From: Octopus bimaculoides
Lineage: Eukaryota
DNA: 64,000 nt
Assembly: GCF_001194135.2 (NCBI RefSeq)
Contig: NC_068993.1
Coordinates: 35,554,137-35,618,136 of the forward strand
Direction of reading: 5' to 3'
Made by a program: the position numbers and the translations under genes
In this document: positions 39,633 to 53,298 of the stretch, piece after piece
Layout: every line of letters begins with the position of its first letter
How positions within the stretch are numbered: position 1 is the stretch's first letter
Notes under the pieces: model-generated
What the model was told of the DNA's origin: nothing
Seen by the model: the letters and a program-made list of their open reading frames with translations, nothing else
The model's database searches: none

Positions 39633-41513
39633 TCTCTCACCTTTCTGATTATGTTTCTCCTCATTCTTCCCCTATATTTTTCTTACTCCTATTCTGTCAA
39701 TTCCCAGAATTTTTATAAGCCATTCAGCTTCTCTCTCTAGTCTCTCCGATCCACCGTACCACTTATTTTATTCTGAAAGATAAGCCGATTCTCTCCAAGG
39801 TGGCTGAAACGTATGGATATGAAATTCTGTGTATGAATACGTGAGAATAGTTTTGTATGTCTGAATACGTAAGGCTATGTATACTTCAATGTGCAAGTAT
39901 GTCTTCATTTGTGAGTGTGCGTTTGGATATGAATATGTATATATAACTGCGTGTGCATCATGTAAAAGACGATAAACAACACTACCACTATCTAAAATTG
40001 CTTGTGTCGTTGTTCAATTATCGATAAAGCTTTAATAAAATATAGTAAAATAAAGCATAAAGCAATATAAATAAATAAATAAAAAGCATAATGAATCAAA
40101 TAAAACGAAATTAAAAGTTAAAATCGAAACAAAATGATCTCCAACATCAAAGGAACAAGCAGGTCTCATTATGAAGCTGTTGTAACTGTTAATGTTCGTT
40201 ATACAATTCGAATGTTTGTGATTGTCTGTTGTGTATAGTGTGAAAGAGAGGCAGGATGTTGGGTTTGGCGGTATGGTGTTGATAATTCAAACTATAATTC
40301 GAATACAAGAACAGTAAATCGTTTGTTAGAGTTACATGTTAGTTACGTTTCTTGTTTTGATGGTGGTGGTTCTTATTCTTGTTTGTAGATGATGTTCGAT
40401 TATTCTGCAGCGCTAACACTTATTGTTTCATTGACTGTTAGTGTTGTTGTTGTTTTTACTGTTTCGACTGCTGCTACTGCTGCAGCTGTTACTTCTGCTA
40501 CAAACGCGCTGTAACCATTCTTAGGATACTGGATCTGTAGTTGATCGACTAGAACCTATGATCAAAGGATGTTGTCTATCTAGTTACTACATTATACAAT
40601 GTCCTTTTTGTTTTGAAACGTTAGGGTGTAATTTGACGGCGTATTAATTGCTATTACACCCATGTAGAATAATTTGCTATAGGACATTTTATTGGCTCGT
40701 TGGGACACATATTCCATTTTCATGAAATCCACAGCTATTTATTATTAACTTTCATTGGTTTCTGCATAGAGGTGTCACAAAGCTACGGTACAGTTCAGCT
40801 ACCAAGCTATAATTATTTGTTTTTGTTCCTTTAACTTTCTGGTGTTGTACTGTTCTTGGTAGCAAGAACGAAGCCTCTCGCACAAAATTTATCACCCTCT
40901 GCATACATTACAAATGTTATTAGATTTTTGTTGAAAGTATTGTAACTATTTGATGTCTGTTGAGAGACTTTACCTGCCTATTAAAACTGAAACAATGATA
41001 TTTGGGGAAGAGTTATTTTCACGCAGAAAAGTTGTTAAATACACTTCTTTATTTCTTCAGGTGTCAAAATTTTCATCGCACAAGCGCAACATTGTACAAA
41101 TACAGATGTGCAGCGAAAAGTTTGGCACCTCAAGAAATAAATAAAAGAACTCAACTGTTTGTGGTTGCTACCGAACAGCGAAACGTCTTTCACCGTGTAG
41201 ATATCATTGTAGATTTAATAATAGCTGTTATTATTTTGGTTCTCAGCACTCCTTCATATGAGACACTGATATTACAATTGTTTTTCTGTTTCTTTATCAC
41301 CTCCATAACTGATGCAGCCTCTGTCTTTGTTTCTGATGAAGTTGTATTTCTAGTTTAATGCCAACGATGCTATTATTATTCTCATAATTCTACTTTATAT
41401 AGTACGTGATATTATTGTTATGCTGTATAACCGTTGTTGTAGTTATTGGCGTTCATTGTTGTTGCAAATCCATCCAATGTATGACTTCTTGTAGAAGACT
41501 GTTTGTAACTAGA

Positions 41514-41514
<1 letters not shown>

Positions 41515-41587
<73 letters not shown>
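41515..41587. repeat. (GAT)n microsatellite
   Basis: Direct reading. Confidence 0.95.
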
Positions 41588-43799
41588 CGACGTCGACGAC
41601 CCCGATGACGTTGATAGTAGATAAATTGGTGCCTCGGGACAACGAATGGTTTGTGAAATGTGTTTATGGAAGTAGAACGAGTTAGCGAAAGTAGTGGTGA
41701 GAGGTTTTTACTTTTCTTGCTGCTCTTCAGATTAAAGGAATTCTTTCCATGACCAGCTCTTCTCATTTTTCAGACGTAGCATGTTTAAAACTATTTCATC
41801 TTATGCGTCCTTTTTCTGTCAAAGATAATTTGATGTGATCTGAGATGGATCGAGTTATTATTTCTGACGAAGCTACTAACTGTGCAAAGACAGCGTCATT
41901 GCTTTGTATAAATAAGAAACAGCTGATAGTGATTAGGATGGTTGTATTGAAGATCCTGATTGACATTTCTGCCGGGATTTCTAGCTATGGTGATGAAGCA
42001 TTTATAGAGGTCAATAGATGTTTAGAGTAGTCATTGTGTGGTTTTCATTAAAATTAGTCAAACACTTCAACCAGTATAATAGTTACATTTTTTTTTTAAA
42101 TTTCAGTAAAAGCCTTTGTCCAGATAAAGTATAAAGAGGACATTTTGCAATCTGCGAGTAGAAAATATGGTTGAATTATATAAGATCATACATTTTCGTT
42201 ATGAAACTCCTTGGATTTTCTTTAGTAATTTCTGTTAATATCTAACATAAAATTCATAAACATCTAAAAACCGATACATATTAGACGGGAGAAAATATAT
42301 AAAAAAAAGATATTAAAACCACGCAAAGAAATAGTTGTTAGATCAAAAATAATCCAATGCTTGCTTCTTTCTTGAAATATGAGAATAGGTGTCTATAAAA
42401 CGCCACTTGATGAGAGATAGGAAATTTGGGAATCACTGATCAATATAAAAATAGCTGAAAATGATGGGAAAAATAAGTCCGTCATTATCTGAAGATTTTG
42501 AGAGTTTAGGTGTGGGAATTTGAGCCGGGGGAATTTGAGGTGTGGGAATTGGAGCCGGGCATGTCTTTCTAGATTACAGAATTGTAATTTATAAATATTT
42601 TCATAATAAAATTCGAGATTATGTAATTCACTTACAAATGTCAAATAATAAATCCTACTGACATGCCACTTACTTATTTATGCCCTTAATAGGGCATGAT
42701 TACTTCTAACGTTTATTCTTTCGCTCTCAGATATTATGGAAAAAAGATGAGCTTCATTATTCATTAGGATGTAGGTGCTTTATTGAAGAATACATGGGCA
42801 TGTAGCATAATCAACGGCATAGCAGTCAACACAAATAAAGGCTTATGAGAATATTCGAACTCACTAGTGTAAACTTTCAAAAAACACATGCTACCTTTTA
42901 AGCACTATCACTACATAGCAGCAAAACCTTCGAAGTCACTCAATCTGCAAGAAATAAAGAATAAACGCTCTTAAATCACATTTTCGCGTCCTAACGAAAG
43001 GGCATACTGGAAAATGTATTTCTAGATGCACAAAAAGAAAACAGTGATTACAACAACTGGAATTAATCTGACCAGAGTTGTTGTATAAGGGATGATATGT
43101 AGCTTTATCTATTTATGGCTACGTATATTGCCGTATTGCATATATCATCACTTGTAACAATAATTGTACTCAGTAGTCTCCAATTATACCGAAACTGCCA
43201 TTTGCAGTTCTGTTATAAACCACACAAAGGCAGCTGAAGCCATTGTCGTTTATGCAATTGTAATGATTGATTTAGTGTTGATGTCGATGCTGTTGTTGCT
43301 GTGAACTGAATGTGTATTCTTTATGGTGTATATCTAACATAGTTTTCGATAGGTTTATGGGTGGGTGGAAATATCTGTGTTTGTTATTTTAAGCGAATTT
43401 CAATGTATGTATTCTCTATGTATACACACGCATATAAGGAAGCATATATGCATTTATAAAATATGCGTATATATGGGAACTATATATATATGTGCATATA
43501 CGTATATATCTCTGCTTCTATTTGTGTGTGTATATATAGGCATATAGTATATGGCTACACGCATATATGTACATGTTTTCTCATACTTGCATTGTCTGCT
43601 TCCCATGCCTATAAAGCCACACAAAATCAACAGCAACAAATATTCCTTTTCATTAGAATAATTATATATTTCATGTTAAATATAATTTCCTATTGATTTT
43701 TATGTCTGTAACGAATGGTAAGGCATATTACAATGAAATATTTTACAACTTCCATTAAGACATATTCATCGTTTCAATATCTATAAGCAAAAATCATTT

Positions 43800-43803
43800 C
43801 ATT

Positions 43804-43892
<89 letters not shown>

Positions 43893-44031
43893 GATATTTG
43901 TATTATCATTTGTGTTATGAGTACCGTTATTATAATTCCTCCCAACTTCTGTCAATTTTTTCTGCCAACTAACTTGTATGTATGTTTTGTTATGTAAAAC
44001 CAAAATTATTACCATCGTCATCAGTAACAGA

Positions 44032-44095
<64 letters not shown>
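43800..44095. repeat. (ATC)n(ATT)n and (AAT)n microsatellites
   Basis: Direct reading (43800-43893 and 44032-44095). Confidence 0.9.
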
Positions 44096-45497
44096 GTAAA
44101 ATCATGGAACCATAGAAATCATAGCTAAAATAATTTTTCTCTCAGAATGAACAGACATTATTGTAAGTGTGTGATGTTAACCTTTTCAAGGTATCTGAGA
44201 AATAACTTCCATCTATTTTAAAGTAACAAACACTATTTTACTCCTCGTATGCTCTCCCATATATTAATATAAAAATGAATTGCAGCAGCTATTAAGATGT
44301 TGCTATAACTGATGTTTTTGTTCTCGATGTTGTTCTTATTGCAGTTGTTGCTGTTGTTGCTTTTGTTATTTTTCCTGTTGTTGTTGCTGTTGTTGTTGTT
44401 GTTGTTCTTCTTCTTCTTCTTCTTCTTCCTGATGTGACGTTTCTGTTGTACTTTTCTCCATTTCAACCCCAATTTGATACATGTAACAAATTCCCACTCG
44501 GCTCCGATGGCCGTTTCTTACTCAATCAATTTGGTCATCTGTGGTTATGTGAGAAACGGATATGTGACAAGCTAAATTTCCACTATAAGGCTGAACATTG
44601 GCTTTAGGGCCTTTATTTTCGGACACGAACTCACAAATGGCTCACTTCATTTATCTTTGCTTATTACAGAAGAGAAAATGGATCCACACGAAACATTTTT
44701 AAACCTGCCTTCATATTTTATGGAACGGTTACAGTTCAGCTCTTATATTTCAAATTATATAGTTGAAAACACGGTATTGAATATTTTCCTTAAATTATAA
44801 CCCACGAGTCCAAAAAGTTAGAGGTCTTAAAGGTAATTAAAGTAAAATATAAATATTTTAGGAGTACCAGACTAACTAATCTACACATACAGTACATTTC
44901 AACAGAATAACCTGTAATAATTAGGTGACTGTTTAATTCAAAACAACCACAGGGCATTAAAGATCACTGAAGGAGTAAAGTTTATATATACATATAGATA
45001 TATGCAAATCAGCTGCCACTTTCACCTGGCATATTCAAATACATGGTCACAACTCAATCGGTGATATCAAAACACAGAAGCTCAAGTATTGCATCTGTGA
45101 ACGTACTTATATAACAGAAGCTTAGCTGAGGAGCTACCTGCGAGTGCAGAATCTTGCAAGGTTCAATGAAGAGATTGCACTCTTCTGGCTACAAGGAGCA
45201 AGCAATCAGCAGAAACATAAACATACATGAATACATATACATATATATACGCACATGTACATCTATCTACCTATCTATCTCTCTATCTATCTGTCTATCT
45301 ATCTAACTATCTATCTATCTATCTATATATATATATATAAGAGATAGCGGTACAAAGAGGCACCAATGTTTGCTGCAAATAGCGAATGATACAACGGTAT
45401 GTACAACTTCACTGAAATATATACTGGCAAAGATGTATGCAAACAGTGAACTTTAAAACTTTCGTCTTACCTCTAAGCAGAACAACCCAGAATAGAT

Positions 45498-45572
45498 AAT
45501 CTAGGACTTGAGTTTCGGACTGTCGAAAATACGGTTGTTATCGTAAATTTGATTTACGTCATCAGCTAGATT
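45498..45572 (-). ncRNA. solo type I hammerhead-like motif with broken stem II (family E)
   Basis: AATCTAG-CTGATGA-...GTCC-GAAAC-TCAA-GTC-CTAGATT; perfect 7-bp stem I and a GUC triplet, but no pairing at the base of stem II. Confidence 0.55.
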
Positions 45573-46309
45573 CACCTATGACGAAATTTTAAAATATCGC
45601 TACATCTTGCCAGTGTATTCCGCTAAACGCCTAGCCGTGAACAACTGAGATCTGTGAAAAGGTTTTGTATAAAAACTTTAAATATCATTGCAGTACAACA
45701 GTATCACTTTCCACCTAAATAAAGCAACGTTAAGGTAGAATTATAAATAAGAAATAGTGGTATATATAAGAAATATATATATACCCACATTCTTCTGCTT
45801 GATATCCGTACGTTTTTTTTTGCCTGTATATGTATAATTATTATAATTATTTTAGCTTGACTTGTTTGTTTTCGTCATTGTCCTGTACGTTCGTTAGCTT
45901 TTCCCAGTGTGTTTTTTTTTGTTTTTTGTTTGGGGGGGGGCCGTTTGCACTGGCGACGCCAATGTGAGAGTCTCAACGATAACGGTGCAAAACTATTATG
46001 ATCTCTTCGACGTTGAAAGAGGAATTAAGAACGAATTTTCCGCGTGTTCAGTTTTGACAAAGTTTGCGAGGTTTTGTTAAATTTACCGGTTTTATATATA
46101 TATATATATTAACAAGACAAACTAGATAGAGTAGATTGAACAAATGACATCAAGATTTCTACCATATGAAAGAACTTTTCTCTGTGGCAACTACAGTGAA
46201 TTCGCATCTAGAAGTTGAAATATTGCACAGACATATTTTAACTAACCTAAATTTCGCTTACGCCTAAATACTGCTTGGCGCTGACGATCGCTAGATACTA
46301 CGCATTCCT

Positions 46310-46465
46310 TTTTTCTTTCTGTGTTTCTCTCCTTGTTCCTTTCTGTGTTCCTTTCTGTGGAAGAGCATAAGCTCGAAACGTTAAAGACTTTTCACTTCCC
46401 GAGCGTTATAGTAATACATCTGTTTGTTTTCTACACCACCTATCTTTGTCTTTTGTTTTACTGAA

Positions 46466-46470
<5 letters not shown>
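46310..46470 (+). mobile_element. solo Penelope pLTR-like end (same family as 61945-62104) with hammerhead-like motif
   Basis: TCTCCTTGTT.CTTTCTGTGTTCCTTTCTGTGGAAGAGC....GCTCGAAACGTTAAA...TTTTCACTTCCCGAGCGTTA...TAATACATCTG is shared with the 3' end of the PLE at 59293-62104. Confidence 0.75.
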
Positions 46471-46506
<36 letters not shown>

Positions 46507-47074
46507 CATATATANNNNNNNNNNNNNNNNNNNNNNNNNNNNNNNNNNNNNNNNNNNNNNNNNNNNNNNNNNNNNNNNNNNNNNNNNNNNNNNNNNNNNN
46601 NNNNNNNNNNNNNNNNNNNNNNNNNNNNNNNNNNNNNNNNNNNNNNNNNNNNNNNNNNNNNNNNNNNNNNNNNNNNNNNNNNNNNNNNNNNNNNNNNNNN
46701 NNNNNNNNNNNATATATATATATATATATATACATACATATATATATATATGCAAATTTAGGGAATGGAGAAAGTAAAATCCAGGCTACTTATGTTACCA
46801 TACTAGCGGAACCTCGGAAGTAGTAATTACTCAACGAAGGGCACTCCGCTAGCTACTCGTAAAGCCAAAGATACCTTAGCCAAATAAACGTTACACTGTC
46901 GTGAAAGGATCCCATGTTAACTCGAAAATGCATAAAAAAGGACAAGCCCTATATATAGTAGATCTTTTTTATTGTTAGCCTTATATATAGTTGATCTTTG
47001 AATGGTTGCGTAATTCTTAACGTTTAGATGCTAACTCGAGAATCTCAGTTTTCTAATACACCACATTGCCTAGT

Positions 47075-47320
47075 TATTAAAGGGCTTTGCAGGGACGATT
47101 GCCAAGTCGCGGTTTGAATTCCAGACCTAGCAATCTGTTGTATTCTTGAGCGAAACGATTTATTTCACGGTACCTCAGTCCACTCCGCTGTAACAGAGAA
47201 ACCAATTGACAGACGGGCGTCCTGTTCAGAGCTTCGGTATTGTTATCTTTTCTAATTATACGCCATGGAAACCGGGTAAAAAGTCCTTCCAGTCTCTTAG
47301 GACTCGAGAGAGTACTAACT
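47075..47320 (+). mobile_element. diverged tRNA-SINE family C
   Basis: GGTTTGAATTCC B-box-like, CTTGAGC...TTTATTTCACG..CAGTCCACTC, then TATACGCCATGGAAACCGGG and GACTCGAGA as at 9425-9547. Confidence 0.55.
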
Positions 47321-47773
47321 TACTAAGTACAAAAATATCTTAAATGTAAAAGATATTTTCAGATTATACTTAACAACCTTTTTATTCAGCAATATTAAAT
47401 CGCTTGAAACGTTTCAATTTATTGCTATCTTTTATTTGCAGAACTTTCTTCGTATTCGTACATAAAAAAAATATTAAAGGTTTTGAACCATGCAGCCTTA
47501 CTTTTATTGATGACCTGGAACGGAATTTACAAGTCTTGTTTCCACGAATTTAGTATAAGAGAATCAGTGTTCCGTAACACAATAATGCTAATAATTTTTT
47601 AATGATCAGAAAATATATATATACTATACCATAATTTCAAAAACAGTACCTATGTTTTAGGAAAAGAGACAGGACGTTTTAGTCTTTAGTAAATATATTT
47701 AGCAATTTAGCAGCAGACATTCATTGAAGTGGTCTACAGAATTAAATTGTACAATCTCTTACTCTCTCTCTTA

Positions 47774-47825
<52 letters not shown>

Positions 47826-50259
47826 CTCTCTCTTTCTCTCTCTCTTTCTCTGCTTAATTGACGGCTTATGCTAGCTGTACGATACGCCTCTCTCAGTCAT
47901 TAAAATTAGTCTTTGTAAGCTGTAGCAAAAATGAAAACCAAGGAGTGGTAGATACAATATAAATTCTCAGCATGTAAAAATATCTTAAATCGAGCAAGTA
48001 TATGACTGAATGGCTGTACACTAAATATCTCTAAGGCTATATAATATAACCATAATTAGAACTGAAAATTCTATAAATTTGACGTTAAAATTTGTTATAC
48101 GCTGACTCCTCTTCATAACGTACAAAACTAAATATGAACATCTGACGACATTTTACTTCTCTTCTGGAGCATTGATAGGGTAAAGGATTGTAAGTGATGT
48201 TGTGTTTCGAACGGCTATAAATTTCTTTGAAATCACACCTTAATGTTTGAAAAGGGATAGGTACTGCTGAGGGTCAGAGGCGCCTTTCGCTCATACGCGC
48301 TCGATGAAATAAGTACCAGTTGAGCATAGCTATCAACGTAATCAATTCACTCCTTCCCTTCACTCAAAATGGCTTTGTATCCAAAATTAGATAGAATTGT
48401 TATCATTATTATTAAATCCGTTTAAGAGACAGGCTTCGATAGATTGTAGTAGTGTTGAAATTCTCCTTTCCTAGTAAGAATACATTCATTCGGCTTGATT
48501 GTTTTGATCTAAACACTTTCAATGAAATAAACTCTCCACACTTCTCCAATGCACAACATGGCTCATATGAAAATTAACGATCGACTGGAAAACAGTTTCA
48601 TATGGTGTTACAGCAAAGTTTATACAGTATAGGAAATCTTTAGTGATGATGTATTATATTAAGAAATTACTAAAATTAATGCATCAATACATGCAAAAAC
48701 ATTAATCAGTCATTTGCTCAGTTAGTTAATACTAATTAATACTAATCCTACTTTATTTGTCTTTTATTCAAATATATTATCAGTAATGACTTACACGACT
48801 AAATGAGCGATTAATTAATTTTCGAGTAGTCTAACTCACGGTTTATAGTACAAACGATAGTATACTGCTAAATCGTATATAGGTGAGGTATTAAGTCTTA
48901 ATTAGGCTGATTAGTACGTTTATAATCGATATCAATCATCTATTACAACTAGTGTTAGTTTAAATTACTTTCTATTGTGCTTTATCTATTTGTTATGCAA
49001 CGAGTTCCATGAAGGAAACAAAAGCTATTATTTTACATTTACTCGACCATTCTCACCAAATTTCAGTTATTGAACTCATTATTATAGTGTTCATAAAAAT
49101 CTAACATATACGGATTTTTTTTTTTTTTTTTTTTGAAGGATAACTTTCTCAGCAGGGGTTGGATGCATAGCCAGTATAATAGATCACACAATTACTTGAT
49201 CATATTTTTTTCTAATTTGTGAAAGGCCGAAAAGTAAGATATGAACCCAAAGAGAATTCTAAATATTTTTACTCATTTATTGCATTGTCTCACCATTTTC
49301 TTAAACTCAATAAATGTTCTAATTATACAGTGTATTTTCACTAGACGGAAAGAAACTTCTAGCTCAAGCTTATAAGATAGGAAAACAGGACCGTACGACG
49401 TTCGTGCTCCCCCCACTAGTATTGTCAAACTTGTAATCCGAACTTAAACCAAACCTAAATATGTGTTAGATCTCGACTCGCCATTAGTTCACATCGTATT
49501 CCACGTCTCGAAATATATTTAACTAATATAATTAATTCTCAAACTATTGTATCTGACAGTACTAGCCCCCAGCAATTATGTAACTGCTACATTCTACTTG
49601 AATTTGGGCAAGGATTTTAAACGACAGTATTAAAACAGCTAACTTTAAAATGGGATTCTGTGTAAGTTATTTACTATAGTAAACAGCAGAAGCTTGTAAC
49701 CGACATATACTTAGCTTTTCTGTACAACAGCAATATTAATTAACCAACTATGTCTATCAAATTCAGGTACCTGAGCAACAATTTCTAGTGGCTTCACACT
49801 AGACAAAACAGATAATAAACCGCCTCAAATAAGCATCCGTGATTATATGAAGTCTCTGAATGAGCGTCCTCTTAAACAATCATTATAAGCTCCGTAGCAA
49901 TGTTTTGGTCTAGTGGATATCCCAATAACAAATATCGTCGGATTTAGATATTTAAGCATTCTGCTAAAACATTATCTGTATCTTTCGTAGAAAAAGTAAG
50001 CGAGCTCAAATATTTATTACTATAATGTATGTAGAATATAAAATTATTAGTAATATAAATATAAAATGTACTCAGGTGCAATGATGTTATGCTTCATATA
50101 TGGTTCTAATAATATCTTGAATATAAAATTCATCAAATTTTATTTATAGATATTTAATTAAGAACAAAAGAAGTTTTTGCATCATATTGCTAAAATAAGC
50201 TTAACATTATCGAAGATTGACATAAACTAAATGTGTATGTGTGAGTGTGTGTGTACGTA

Positions 50260-50292
<33 letters not shown>

Positions 50293-50967
50293 TGTAAGTG
50301 AACGTATTAATAATATGTTCTTTAATACTTTAAATCTCATACAAGTATAACAAAAGGGATATTAAGACGCTTAAAATTCTTTTGGATTTCAGCTGCTTAT
50401 TACCAGTTTGTAACGCTTTAGGTTCTTTCTCGTGTTTCGTTAATGTATATATTAATATTCTTTTACATACGGAATATTACAGTCTTACTTATGAAGTGAG
50501 AAAATAATTTTAAAATGCAGTTTCTTTAATGCTACTTTTGCAGTAGTCACAAGAATAGCCATATCTAGCAATTGTATTTTCCGTCACGCACAGATTAATA
50601 TGAATATATGTACACCTACGCATGGATGCATGTTTAAGGGTTTTAAACCACATACAGATACGAACACTCATGCAGCACACACACACAGAGTTAAACATGC
50701 ATATAGGTATATAGAAAGAGAAAGGCAATCAGAGACATATATACATATGTATATGTGAACATTTACAATCACAATAGACAAATGTGCACGTGCTAACGTG
50801 GATAAGTACTATATGTACTCGAGGACAAGTCGAACCCTAGGTTTTTCAGCTAAACACAAGAATAAAATAGTGCGAATTATACATGAGTAAATATGCTACT
50901 TTATTTTTGCTAATCTAATATTTATTGAAATGCTTATATCCAGTAGTATATGAAAATAGTTTCAGTT

Positions 50968-51125
<158 letters not shown>

Positions 51126-51514
51126 GAGAGTGTGTAGTGGGTCCAGTAATTATATTTGTGATCTCGTTCAAAAACACGAAGTACTCAACCGGAAGAAGTG
51201 TGTAGAGTCTGTTATAATTGTGTCTAGGTGAACCGGAGTAATTTCTCGTACGGTTAACGTTATTGCTGTAATACATTTCAACCTGTTAAGGAATAATTTC
51301 ATATTAATTAAGACGGAAACAAGTATTTTACTTTGTCTCACTGGAGTTAAAAACCGCATATCGAAAAATGTTATGCTAAATGTCTTAATTTATTGAGTTC
51401 AGGTACTATTGAAAAACATTTTCTAATGTCTCAAATACCGGTAAATCTAGAGAAACGTCTATGTTGTAGCTAAGGAATCTCTGATACCAGTGCATTCTTC
51501 TATTGAAATAGCTA

Positions 51515-51699
51515 TTACTCTTTTATTTGTTTCGTTCATTTCACAGCGGCCATGCTGGAGCACCGCCTTTAGTCGAACAAATCGACCCCAGGACTTACAA
51601 ACCGATAAGTTACGGGGACGCAGACACACAAACATCCATTGTCAAGCGATAGTGGGCGGACAAATACAGACACGCAAGCATATACATATACATACATAT

Positions 51700-51755
<56 letters not shown>

Positions 51756-51970
51756 GTAGGTAGGTACATACATACATACATACATACATACATACATACA
51801 TACATACATACATACATGCATCGATATACATATACGTCTACCAAATCTACTCACAAGGCTTTGGGCGGTTCGAGGCTATAGTAGAAGAAACTTGCCCAAG
51901 GTCCCATGCAGTGCGATTGAACCCGGAACCATGTGTTTGGTAAGCAAGCTACTTATCACACAGCCACTCG
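51515..51970 (-). mobile_element. tRNA-SINE family A with internal (GATA)/(CATA) expansion
   Basis: Reverse complement of the head seen at 62368 (CCATGTG.TTGGTAAGCAAG, CTCACAAGG) plus the tail GCCATGCTGGAGCACCGCCTTTAGTCGA shared with 57304. Confidence 0.85.
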
Positions 51971-52253
51971 TACACAATTGTACTGCCTTGTGCATTGATA
52001 CTACTTTAACAAGCCTTTCAATTACATCTATGTAGACTGGATCTGCTCAGTGACAGTTATGCTTTATCTTATATTTCAATAATATAAATCGACCCTAGTA
52101 CTTCGTTGACACTTTATTTTATCGGTTAAGAAAAAATAAATGCAAAATCGACCTCGGTGATTCTTTGAAATTTGTACGTGAAAGACCGTCACTATATAGA
52201 CTTAAACATTTTGTCCGACACTCTCGCACTTATAAAGGTTATTTTTATTTTGT

Positions 52254-53298
52254 TTATTACCTTCGCCTTAGCGAAGGCGGCAGTATTGTTTTCAGTCGTG
52301 TTTGTTTGTTTGCTTCTTCGTATGTTTGTCCGTGGACAAGATATCTCAAGAACTGTAGGATGGATTCGAATGAAACTTTGGCCTCGTGACTGGCACGAAC
52401 TGATTAGATTTTGGGATCGATCTGATAGCGGAGAGGGATTCTGTACTATTTGTCATATTTACCTTAGTTTACATGGAGTATTACGTTCTTACGTTGACTT
52501 TCAAGTCTTTCTCTGATCATTTCCCTTGAAAGCATGCTCATGGTTTCCACGTAAACTATGGCGGTGTTGCTGTTTCCAAAGTTCTGCATTTGTTTCTTTA
52601 TTATTAATTTTACTCGCGTCTCTATCTTACTAGAAAGTGATGGATAAGGAAATCAAACTTCATAAACAAACAGCAGCAAAATCGTTTAGAAATTAAATAA
52701 AACTAACATATTCAGTAACAATAATAAATTTAATTTATCCTCAACAATTTTTAGCTTTACCAATTTTGAATATATCGCTTCTGTTTAAAACTTCTTACCT
52801 ACTTGACACTTGCATTTCTAGCTCTGCCTTGAAGGAAGCTTTACTTCTGGGACTCACTTCTGTTAGCAGCACCGTAAGCAGGTCCTTTCTGTTTTCTTTC
52901 ACGAATGGATAAGTTTTTCACTATAGACCTTGTCGTAAAAGCACTATATCAGTGGATAGACTAACACAGGCCTTGATAGACAAAACTGTCCCTGTTCCCA
53001 CGGCAGACGACACACAAAAAGCATTATAAACACGGTCCGCAAACCCACCTTCTCATTCCATGACTACCATTGGGATCGATTAGGTACCGAACAAGGATTC
53101 TGGATTATTTTTCCGTTTTTTTTTGTTTTTTTTTACTTAATTTTTGAGAGCGGTCGGGTTTATTTTTAGCATTCACGTTTGTGAGAGCGGTCGGGTTCAT
53201 TTCAGATATTCTCATTTTAAAAAACATCTCCGGCTAATCCTTGTGAGGACGTTGATGTTGCCTTGGCGGAGGTTTGCGCTCTCTGAGTGATCTTGTTT
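52254..53298 (+). mobile_element. Helentron-associated (HINE/DINE-like) element, split by about 600 bp of unrelated DNA
   Basis: 5' TTATTACCTTCGCC with hairpin CCTTCGC-CTTA-GCGAAGG and (GTTT)n; 3' CCTTGGCGGAGGT (sub-terminal inverted repeat of ACCTTCGCC) followed by hairpin GCGCTC-TCT-GAGTG and TCTTGTTT. Confidence 0.7.

Noticed and set aside
39773-39813. Hammerhead-like CTGAAAGA..AGCC/GGCT-GAAACGTA
   Set aside because: Core has an extra base and no stem I pairing; at most a degraded pLTR relic.
41041-41358. Plus-strand acceptor TTCTTTATTTCTTCAG|GTGTCA with a short ORF
   Set aside because: Not a consensus donor after the AG, the peptides are unrecognisable, and there is no matching downstream donor.
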